From Hyphochytrium catenoides (lineage: Eukaryota; Protista; Hyphochytriomycota), in assembly GCA_900088475.1 (NCBI GenBank), contig FLMG01000368.1, positions 62,001 through 126,000 of the forward strand: a stretch of DNA of 64,000 bases. The letters run 5' to 3'. The translations under genes and the position numbers were made by a program. Below are positions 46,297-57,100 of the stretch, one piece after another; within the stretch, counting starts at the first letter, position 1; each line of letters starts with the position of its first letter. The notes under the pieces were generated by a model. That model did not search any database and was not told the DNA's origin. It saw only the letters and a program-made list of their open reading frames with translations.

Positions 46297-49200
46297 ATGA
46301 CGCCCAGCCTGCCTGGGACGGTCAATAATATGGGGGAAGGGATGTGGAGAGGACGGCCGCGACAGGGAAAGCCTAGTCTCCATTGGCTACTATGGGTGGG
46401 GGTCTATATATTGTGCTCTCTCTGCGTGGGGGAAGCACACCCAGATGGCCTGGTCCACGATGGCCGCCACTCTCGTTGTAAATGGGTAATCAGCTGGGAG
46501 GACTCATTCCGCCCAACATCCCTACCTGGTGTACAAGAACGTGGCCTTTCTGAGTCAGCATCCATCCAAGGACGTGGAGTGAATGGCACTGAAGGAAAGT
46601 ACCAGCTACGTACTTTTTGGGATACGCCGGCTCTAGAGGGCATTGAGGAGAGGGTCACCGTAGAGGGCAATCAGCTCTTTATTCGATCTGGAGGTAGAGG
46701 CGCTCTTAATGTCAAACGCACGTCGTATTCCCTTACATGGTCTAAAATAGATTTGTGGAAGGCAAACAGCTGCAGGACGTGGTCCTCACCTCGAAGGCGA
46801 TCAAAGACTCCAAGTACCACCGGTACGGACGAGTCAGGGTCCGCGCTAGGGTATCATTGGTGGGTGTGCTTTTGATCCTCCTAGGTTGCATCCCTGCCGC
46901 CACTGATTGCTTGTCTTATCGGGTGGACCGCACTGTGTTAACTTTTTTAGAATACGAGCTCAAGCGCAGTTTTGTGGCTCGTACCCGCAGAACCGGCGGG
47001 GACCCCAGCCCTGAATGGAGATAGGATCTTCCTCTTTTCCTATGAGCCTGCAGTCAACCCCAAAGTCCTGCGAGTTGGGGCGCTCGCGGGAGGAGAGCTT
47101 CGCCAGAGCGAGCCGTTCGAGATACCTTGCTTGGAGGTATAAGGAAGTGCAAGTAATGCTAACGTTGAGCTGTGACTTGCATCACCGTCCATCCTTCGCA
47201 CTCTTTACCTAGACGTATCTCCGTTTCCCCCTTGGTAATTCATCTTTCATCGGCTTTGTCCGTCCAACTCTCAAGTGGTTGGTGTCGTTGTTGGCTATCT
47301 ACTATCTACACTTCAAGATCTTCACCACTGACTACGCCTTTGGTCTAGACATTTGGGGAGCAGACTCACACCTTTGAACTTGTTAAGGAGGAACCTTATC
47401 TAAGGTGGTACCTCGACGAACGGTTGCTCTACGAACTGCACCGATCAGAGAGCACCTTGATTACAGAGAGACTGCTAGGTAAAATTACCCGGGAATGGAA
47501 GGGGGGTATTCGATGTTTACGTAGGGTTTTTTTCAATGCTTGATCCCCACAGGATTTCTAATAGCTCGCTCGATGTTGGACGAGGAAAGAGGGGAGGGCT
47601 TCGAAATGGGAGGGAGGGCTATGAAATAGGAGGAGTACAAAGGGAAAGCACACTGGGTAATGCAGACAGACTAACAGCGGCGTGCAGATAAAGAGTTCCG
47701 TATTGCAATGGGACTATCTTTTCTGAAGACGATGAGAGCCGCAGGTGCGCTAGAAGTTACTGTCGCCTCCCAGTCTATCTTGAAACCTCTTTGTTTCTAT
47801 TCAAGGATGCCGCTGCTGCGAAATAATGGCCCGCCCAACTCTCCACATCTAGCCCCAGAGAGTCAACTCATTCTTGAGCGTGTCGAGGTTTGGGAACGAG
47901 AAGACCTGACTGGAAGTTGTTCTCCGGACTGGCGAGCTAAGCCGCATCAAGGCTGCAAGAACTACTCTACGGCTGACCTGCGTCCAGGTGGTGACTATAA
48001 TCCAAGCAAGCAATCTGCCGTGAAGTTTCTTTTTCATCAAACATTCACTTATATCTCGGCCCTTGAGTTGATCTTGCTTGTGCGGAGATCAGTCTTACTT
48101 TTGACAAATCACCACAATTAGTGCGCGTTATCTTGCATCTGTGGCGCTTGGTCTACCGAGTTGTTCGCTAACGCCAATTGGTCCTGTCCTGCTGTGTATG
48201 CTATGACTGTTTCTTAGTGCCAGTCCAGCTAGGTAGCCTTAGGGGTTTTCTGACGGTAGAAGAGATTGGAGCCAGACTTCGAGACTTTCGAGACGCTTTC
48301 CCGTCCGTGTCTCAGCTTTGGCCCATCGGCAAATCCGTAGAGAATAGAGACATTCTCGCCCTTTGTGTAGGTCTATGTGATTCAACTCTGCTAGACGTCG
48401 CTCCTGAAGTCCCTAAGATGCTCTTTACTGGTCAGCACCACTCTCGAGAGGTAAGCCTGCTTTAGCATTATCAATATCAATGAAACACTTATTTAAAAAT
48501 ACTGACGTTACTCACTTGCGCTGTCTAGCCCGTATCATCTACAGTTGTAGTGCACTACCTTGCAGTCCTCCAGCATCGTCTCCAAAAGTAATAACCGGTT
48601 CCATTCAATCTCTTTGTGCTGTCCGCCTTCTTTTTGGAGAATGTCGAGACTGCATGGTGACGTCTTTGTTGGCTGCTTACACTTGCTCTCACGCGTTCCT
48701 TTGACCAACTGAGTGACCCTCAGCCCAGCAGCAACTGACGTCAAAAGTTATTTTTCTCAGCCACGACTTGGAGACCATAGCACTGCTGTCGTCAAGACAA
48801 GTTTGGTTCATTCCTCTTGTAAGACACCAGCCATTACTTCATTGCAGCTTTTCCGGTCATCATCGTAGGGGTTCTACACCTTACTGTTTGCCTGCATGCC
48901 ATTCCGGTCACCCGAAATGAACATTGCTAACAACAATATTCACAGGTTAATCCAGACGGGTACAAGTGGAATGAGCTAAACCTATTCAAACCGGGCCAAA
49001 AAGATCAGGATGGAAAGAGAAAGAATAATAGAGAAACCTGCAGTGGAGAAGAGCTGAATTCTGGTGTGGATCTTAACCGAAACTATGGGTTTTGTTGGGA
49101 CGCCGACGAGATTGGTAGTAGTACAAAGCCCTGTGAGGAGGTAAGGACAAGCCGTGGAAAAGAGAGACACTTCGTGAAGAGCAATTCCTGGTAAAGGGAC

Positions 49201-51586
49201 CTGCTTGTGGACCACTCACCGATAGATCTCGAGGGTACGGATTGATTTCGACCGATTCTAGACGTGCCGGAGGGCTCCCTTTATTAGGATATTGGAATTG
49301 GGCTGTGCTTCAGCCCGTGAGAAGTATTCTTAGCGTTGCTGTTGACGTTTACCGGGCAAATAATCTCAGGATTACCGTGGGCCAGCTCCTTTTTCAGAGC
49401 CTGAAACCAGAGCAATAAGGGACTTTGTGACTAACCGTAGCTTCAGGTAAGATGGCCAGCCCGCCGCCTTAAGTGGATCCTGTACTTATAGGTCTTCACT
49501 CTACGTACTGCATAAAATCAACCTAGCATGGCACTAAATTATCACGCGTTTGGGAGGCTATTTGCTATGCCATATGGTTGCTACGGCAAGGACCCAGGAC
49601 GGGAAGACATGGCGATTCTTGCTTCTCTGGGACAGGGCCTCTCAGCGGAAAATGATTACGAGGTTGGTCAAGCTTATAAACTGGTAGGTCCAGGCTCAAG
49701 TTTATTTCCTTTTCCGGTTAAGCATGTTCCAGCAGTTTGAGTTCCAGAACCCTTATAAGCCGTTACACTACTGCTCCTAACGGGTCGACTGCGGCGTCCT
49801 GCTTCCTTGAAGAATGTATGCTTACAATACCTTCTTTCCCTGCTTTCCCATCTCTATTTGTGCCTCCAAATGTTTTGAAGAAAGGACTGTATCAAGTTAA
49901 TGGCGACGCCAGCGACTGGATGTTCCATACGCACCACATATACGCCTTTTCACCGGAGGTAGGATACCGCCCCTCTTGCTCAGCTTGAAGACCTTTTCTT
50001 CCCTCCCTTTATCCCTTCTACCTCGCTGAGGTCACTCTCAACCGGGGGCTACCTTTACTCGTCCACCTGCCTCATTTCTGCTCTCCATGCAATAATGCTA
50101 AAATCACGGGTCGGATGCTGTCTAATTACTATGTTCCAAGAAAGGTCGGTCCACATTGGGAAGCGGACAACGGCTTCTGGCCGTCAGCTCCTCAGATATC
50201 CAACATTACCCAAGAACTAGCATATACCAATACTTTTGCGGCCTGGGCTGTGGCGCCTATCTTTGCTGCCAATGTTCACGGACTCAAATATGTACATGAG
50301 AACTATTATCTTGAACTCAAGGTAATGAGGACTGGACTTAATTTAACGTCTCACGATAGCAGCGCTTGCCCTTTCATATTTTCTTCATGTTACTGGAATG
50401 GTTATACAGCTCTTTATCCACCTGTGGCATCCAGATGACTATGTTGGTTTGCCAAGAGTACAGGTTTTCGGTTTAGTGTTCTTCTGTCCGGTTTCGCTCT
50501 TTTCGCTCTTCCGGTCTGGCGATGGACTGTTCGAGCAATAACCTGTTTTTCAGGTTAGAAATAAAGGTCTTCGGGTACCAGCAGGAGAGGTCCGTCTGGC
50601 GCTTTCCTCCCGACCCGACGGTGGATCAACTTCCGCTATTATTAGAGTCCAAGCCAAGTCTCTGGCAGGACCACAGCTAGAAACGACGGATTCGCTAAAA
50701 TTACCGGGCGACGCCTTCCCACGCGAAGTATTTCTCTCAATATCTGACGGCAACGTCTGTTTCAAGTATAGAATAGGTAGAACGAAAGTGCTAGCAATTC
50801 CGATATTATCGTTTCGACCCCTTTCTGAGGTCACGACGTCACCTTCTCACTGGTCAACCATACATCAGCCAGGCGTGGGTTACTCCTTACTACCGCAAAT
50901 CTAGTGATAGCCTTCGTCTAGAGTTTCCTTGTATTCTTATCTAGATAGTCATGCCGTCAAGGTTTCTTCCATTACCCCAAGAACTGCGACTGATCTCTAG
51001 CAATTTCTTATTCATACTCAGCCATGCCTGTCAGTGACTTACACCTCTGTCTCTTGCTGTAGTGGTTAGATCGGACAAGGGCGTTCTCATCTCTTCCAGA
51101 TTAGCGCTTTCAATGTGCTCTGCCTGTGGTTTTCTCTTCGAGCACCGGGCCTCAGATGTCCGGCGCGACGCTTGGTGCCAGCTGTATCCATCCGCAGTGG
51201 ACTACAACCTTCTGAATTCTTTCCAGCAGTCAGACAGAAACGATAGTGGTGCCCCAGCAGTTCCTCCAGAGGAGCAGAACAAGTTTCCACTATACTGGTT
51301 GGGGCTAGGAATCTTCATACCAGTGATTTTTGGGATGCTCTCGATGAAGAGGAATAGAGAAAGGAACAAGCAGCCTCTCACTTACGATAAACTGGAGCAG
51401 GAGAGTGCTAGCAGCGTAGAGGAAGAACAAGTAGGCGATGTGGCTGGAGTGGTTATTGGAGTATCCGAAACGATGCAAGATGCTGAAGATGATGGCTGTG
51501 ATAGCGAAGAAGAGCTCAGTCCCACTGCTGAGGAAGAAGAAGAAAACCGCTTGCAAAGCGATGGCTCTAGGCATGCAGTTGCTTGA
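46297..51586 (+). CDS. Membrane-anchored M14 zinc carboxypeptidase with N-terminal degenerate GH16-like domain
   Basis: Signal/anchor LLWVGVYILCSLCVGEA. M14 motifs GQHHSRE, VNPDGY, RKN, GVDLNRNY, YRGPAPFSEPET, LNYHAFG, GDASDWM, FSPE|VG. TM helix LYWLGLGIFIPVIFGMLSM, then an acidic tail. Start ATG could be 46297, 46330 or 46342. Confidence 0.85.
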
Positions 51587-51694
51587 AGAGCACTGCACTT
51601 AAAGTGAGCATGAGACAGAAGCCGGCATACGCTTAGGCTAGCAAGTACATATATACTTTGCAAGTGCTGCTAGCTTAGATTATTCTCGTTAGCT

Positions 51695-53512
51695 CTAACA
51701 GTCTCCCACATCAAAGTTAAAACTAAAGCCCTCCGTCCCCTTGTCGTCTCCGCTTTCTTCTTCCTTGATTGCCTCCCACATAGTCTTCCCACGTCCAATT
51801 GACTTTAGTGCTTCCTTCTCATACTCCTCAATTATTGAGCGGCATACAGGCCGTTTCTCCATCAGAGCAGTCTTGAGCTCTTTACACATCTCGGCCTTGA
51901 AGCGCTCATCGCAGAGGCCTGATATTTGAGGGACTCTTGTTTCCAGGAATTTCAGTACATGAGTAAGGTTGGCGGAGCTGACGTAGTTCTGGGTTATGGC
52001 CACAGAGTCTTCTAGGTTGATGACAGCATGCCACCAGCCCCTAGGCACAAAGATAAGCTCCCCCTCCTTGACCACACACTCCAGGGGCTTCACCGTGGTG
52101 TTTCTGGTATGATGATAGAAACCGAGGAACCATTCCACGAGTGAGACAGGGGTTGCAACGTCCGCGCCATCCTGGCTAGGATGCACGCCAGGAGGGACGA
52201 TGTCTGGAGGATACAGAATCCATTTCTTCGCTCCTTTGATAACAGCGTTCCAAGCAGATGTGGAGTTCGGGTCTTGGTGAAAGGAGCTCCCAGACTTCGC
52301 AGGGCCGATAATTATCCAACGGTAGTCTGGACGGTTGTCACCGAGAACTTGAAAAAAGTCTTCCTGTTAGTAATACGGTAGTAAGCATTGAGAACCACCT
52401 CCAGCTCAAGGACAGTATAGAATGTACCAGCAGTAAATAGATGCTGCAGAAGAAGAGAAGGGGGTCAACCAAAAGCTGTTCCTCTCATCTTGAAAGTCCC
52501 AAGTAAGAGTACGAGCGAAACCACTATCAATCAATGCTCTTTTCCTTACCTCAAAATAAATAGGGACGCTGTAGTCTTCTGCAAACTGAGGAACGCTTGA
52601 CGCGAACTTTTTGTCAAAAATATATAATGGCTGGTCATCCGCTGCACACTGCTCGGCATAGTGGAAGTAGTCTCTTAGAGTCATCCTGAAGCCGCCAGCA
52701 GAGAAGACGGCATCTCCAGCTTTCGATATGAGGTATTCTTTACTCCAGCGGCTAAACGCAGGCCAGCGACCCACGACGTCAGTAATAATTACAGGTTTAT
52801 TAGGCTCCTCATATTCCCGTCGAAAGTCCTCTAATGAGAGGTTCGATCGCCTGTCAACATTTTGTACATCTGCCACCCAGGAGGGATGCAGCGGAGCGGA
52901 CGCGCACCAGAAGGGTTGAAACAGGAGATCGGAGTAAAAGCCCTTCACCTCTATAGGTGAGTGCTTATAAAGAAAGCACTTTTTGCCACGGGCCCTATGA
53001 AGCATTGTGGCATACGTCCCTCTCCATGTCTTTTCAAAAGAAAACCTGCCATCATAGTCCATCAGCACTCGCGCTTTCCATTGTTCTTCGTGATGAACGA
53101 AGACGTAGAAGCTCTTGCTGACTGAAGCCAATATCCCAAGATCTCTGACCGAGAGCAGATCCAGAAGCTCTAACACTTGTGAGTCATTGAGTACTTGCAG
53201 AAGTCCCAGGCCCAGGTCTCTGATAGGCCTAACTCCCTTCTCATAGTCGGAAAACGAATTACCTTGAGGCTTGACACCATACGGATGACTTCCGCGGGTA
53301 AGCGTCCCTGACGCTTTGTCATCAATATCATCAACATTATCGTTCTCTTCTACGCCTTCCGACACATCTCCTGGCCCTTCTCTGTCCGTCGAGCTCTCGT
53401 AAGCTGATCCATCACTCCTCCTCCTCTTTCTTCTGTTACCTTCCTCATGTCCGGTAGTAGTACATTGAGTTGGGTTGGCGAAAGAGGCAGACAACGTTGC
53501 GATGACTGTCAT
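51695..53512 (-). CDS. F-box plus JmjC-domain protein (JMJD6-like), 2 exons (53512-52550, 52363-51695)
   Basis: F-box-like LQVLNDSQVLELLDLLSVRDLGILASVSKSFY. JmjC motifs PNKPVIITD, PLYIFD, GSSFHQDPNSTSAWN, GELIFVPRGWWHAVINLE, AITQNYV, with an intact HxD...H triad. Confidence 0.92.
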
Positions 53513-54066
53513 GGCTCCTGCTTTATCAAGGAAAGAAGAGCGTGTGACACTTGACAAGGCACGGGACGGCCGCCGCTCGCAGGCCAGGCCAGTAGGTCAA
53601 TGGCTAAGCCACTCCGAGGACGCTGACAAGCGCCGATGACAGAGAAAAGGAGACTGAGTTTTCATTATTGAGCGCCACCATCAAACCATCAACCACCCAA
53701 ATCCTCTACCTGTACCTTTCATTCTTTCCCTTTGTGAAAGCTTCAGGATCTGTACAGTAATAGAATGAAGAAACAAATTGTGGAAAGCAAGGCGAAGTTT
53801 AATCGTCATCTATTTTCGGTCAACTGGCGCATCGTCCAGGCCTTCCCCTGGAGTGGCTATGCTAGTCTCTCATCTCCCGTGTTTGAGATCTGTGATTCAG
53901 ATTTCTTCATATTATTGATGAACAGAGATTATGAAAATTCATCAGAGGATTGTAGGAGGGCAGCTTAGTAGGTGGACTTTGTCGCTTGTCCCTCCACTAA
54001 GCTCTCCTACTATCGACCAGCAGATCTACTTACGGCCGAGAAGAGCAAATAGCAAATTGCGGAATG

Positions 54067-54096
54067 GACGTTGACACGTGACGTTGACACGTGACG
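54067..54096 (+). promoter_or_regulatory. 13-bp tandem repeat carrying two CACGTG boxes and a TGACGT site, candidate promoter element
   Basis: GACGTTGACACGT x2 plus GACG, about 50 bp upstream of the ATG at 54145 in a divergent intergenic region. Function is inferred. Confidence 0.45.
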
Positions 54097-54144
54097 GGGT
54101 TTGTGCGTGAGTCTGATCTGATAGGACTTTTCTCTGTCCGAAAA

Positions 54145-57100
54145 ATGAAGTCCGAACCCTCTCGCTTTGGAGGAAAGCCCATCCCCGAAGTGTTAGCGCT
54201 GGCACAGAAGCAGAAGAAGGCATCACGTATAGAAGGAGACGGGAGTGCGAGGAAGAAGCGAAAGCTGGCCTGGGGTAAGAGCAGTTCCGGAAGCGATAGT
54301 GATAGCAATAGTGATGACGGTAGTAGCGATAGCAGTAGCAGTAGTGATAGCAGCAGTGGCTCGTCGAGCTCTGCAGCTTCGAGTTTATCCCCACCCAGAG
54401 CCCTTCAACCTCCTAGTCGGCATGTTGGCGCCACGAACCCACCAAAGCAACAACTAGGACTTCTGGCTAAAGTAGCAAAAGGTACCAGCAAAGCAGGTCC
54501 TCCTTCTTCAGGGTCATCTAGACTGGAACTTGCCAAGAAGTCCATCCTTGGCAAGAATGTTGGAGCCAAAAAGCCGCCGCAAACACCATCTAAGGCTTCA
54601 AACAAGCCCAGCAAGCTGAAAGGCGTGGACTCTAGTGGTTCTCCTAACGGCCGGGAAAACTCACCCTCCCCTATAAAGATTCGTGGAATTCCCCCCGCAC
54701 CACCCAGTATTGAGCCCCCAGGGTATAAGGAGATTCGTGGCCGTAGGGAACTAACCCTGGTGGCCAAGGAGCGTGCCGGAGATGCGCCAGAGGAATGCCC
54801 CGAAGCGAACATTCCCGACTATTTCACGGACACTTACGCAGCTGATACTGGAGACAAATTGCGTATTCTGGACGAGTTCTACTTCTGTGATGAGAAAGGG
54901 TGGGTTAACTTATCTCTTGCCTTTACAACCTGTCTTGTCTTGTAAGAGCTAACATTTGTACTCTAGTAAACCCTTGGGCCTAGACGTCCTTGATATCTCT
55001 CCGGAGCACCGTCCAGTGCTGATTGGTTTCGGGACAGTCGTGGAGCCTTTGCCACTGGATCTCAGGCCTAAAGTACCACCTCTCCAACCACCACCATTAC
55101 AGCCCGGGGGTGCTGGTGGCAAACCTGCTGACCGGTAAGTGTGATAATAGCTAGTTGGCGAACGGTAGCATGATGCTCTCCTACTTGTAGGAAACGACCA
55201 CGAACTAAGGGACGGCAGGAGAAGGTACACAAGGAAGGACGTGAAAATGGCCTTGAGTCAGCAAGTTCTGGTCACTCAGAGAGTGAAAGTGAGAGTGGAA
55301 GTGGATCTGAGAGCTCGTCCTCCAGTGATGGCTCCGCTACTAGTGACTCAGGCTCAGATACGGACACAGATGGCTCTCTGAGATCTGGCAGCGGAAGTGG
55401 TGACCACAGTGGGATTGAGGACGGCAGTGCTGCTGCGGCTGATAGTATGTCTAAAGAAAGTCCCAAAAGTAAGACGGTCAAAGTAGCGAGGACGGTTCCA
55501 CAGTACGATGGTCCGGCGTACGAATCAGCATCAATTGCTGACCACTGTTCGGGCCCCATCCCACAGTACGATGGTTCGTCAGAGGGACCCAAGACTTCAC
55601 CCCGACGTTCACGAGTTTGGCTCCCGAAGATTGATGAGTGGTGCATTGACTATACTTATGGGGACCCAACGCTCTGGGTAATCACTGAGAGCGCATGGTA
55701 TAAAATAGGGGGTCCTCTTTCAGGTGTGGGTCCTCACTGGTCCTATATATCACACTTCCATGGCACTCGGATGAAGTTTGAAGCTTGCATACAAGTAGCG
55801 GGAGTGCTGCAGGAGCTCCTACCTCTTAACCGCAAGCTCTCCTTCAAGGCAACAGTCGATGAGGTTGTACGCAGATCCTCGAAGTCTGGATATTTCGTAG
55901 TGGTAGGTATATTACTGCCCTCCCTTTGACCTGCCAATGAGTAGAATCGAGCTAAGTCAAGGACACTCTCTTTTCCTGCTTAGACACAAGACTTCCTCAT
56001 CCAGAATGCAAACTTTGTCATCGAACAGATGTCTTCCCTGGACGCTGGAGATCCTAAAAGGAAGTACGAAAATTGCCGATTTATCAAGAATCTGAGGCGG
56101 TTGGGCGAGCAGTACCAGCAGCGGGAGGAGCGGCAGCTTCAAGCGCAGTTAGAGCGTGATGCCAAGGAGACAGAACGGCTAAGAAAGAAAGAGGAGAAGA
56201 ACCGAGAAAAGGAAGAGCTCAGACAGAAAAAAGAGGCAGACCGTGCGGCTCGCGAAGCTGCTCGCCTTGCAGAGGAGCTTTCCAAACGGTACCCTATTGA
56301 TGATGATGACTTCTGGCGAGAGCAAACCGCCAAAGGCATTTCCCCAAGTAGCCCGCCCCCCTTCCGGACTCCTCCCCCACTTCCACGGCACCTGATGGGA
56401 GATTGCCTTATGTCCTGGGCGTCTATTAATTGTTATAGGGAGACGCTTCAGGTGTCGCCTTTCTCTATCGACGACCTGTGTGGGGCGCTCCTTTGTAATG
56501 ACCAGCAGCCGTGGCTTCTGACGGACATTTTTCAGGCAATCCTGTTGCAACTGCTGACGGAAGGTGACAGGGCTCAGCAAACAGTTGAAGATCCGGTGGA
56601 TGAAGAAGATATGGAACCAAAAGCGCGAACTGAGGTTATTCAGCGTGCGCCTCTTTTAAATGCACTCACCTGGCAAGAACTTCTGCGAGAGATTATTGCA
56701 GAGTATGTGAGAGTGGAAGCACCAATAGGCCTAAAAGATCCTCTGCTTTATTGTAAAGAGGTTTTGCAAAGGGTTTCAACTCATCCTTTGGCGAGCCCTT
56801 TTGTCAAACCAGTTGATCATGAAACTCTTGGGTTAGTAGATTATCCTGAGAAGATAAGGCATCCAATGGATCTAGGTACAGTGGCCTCTAAGATGGATTC
56901 GGGATGGTACGCTGTGCTGGAAGAACAATTGATCATCAACGATACCACAAGTGTAAAGGAAGCTTCAGATTCACCAAACGTTAAAAAGGAGCCGGGAGCG
57001 GTAGACGATAACAAGGGTCGAGAAATCGGGACCAGGAATTCTCGATCGTCAGTCCTGAACTACGCTAAGCTGGCAAGAGGTTCCACACCGGAGCAGAACA

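Noticed and set aside
52364-52372. TACTAAC branch point directly abutting the AG acceptor in the JmjC intron
   Set aside because: Not general. Other introns show variable branch-point-to-AG spacing, so there is no evidence of an unusual splicing system.
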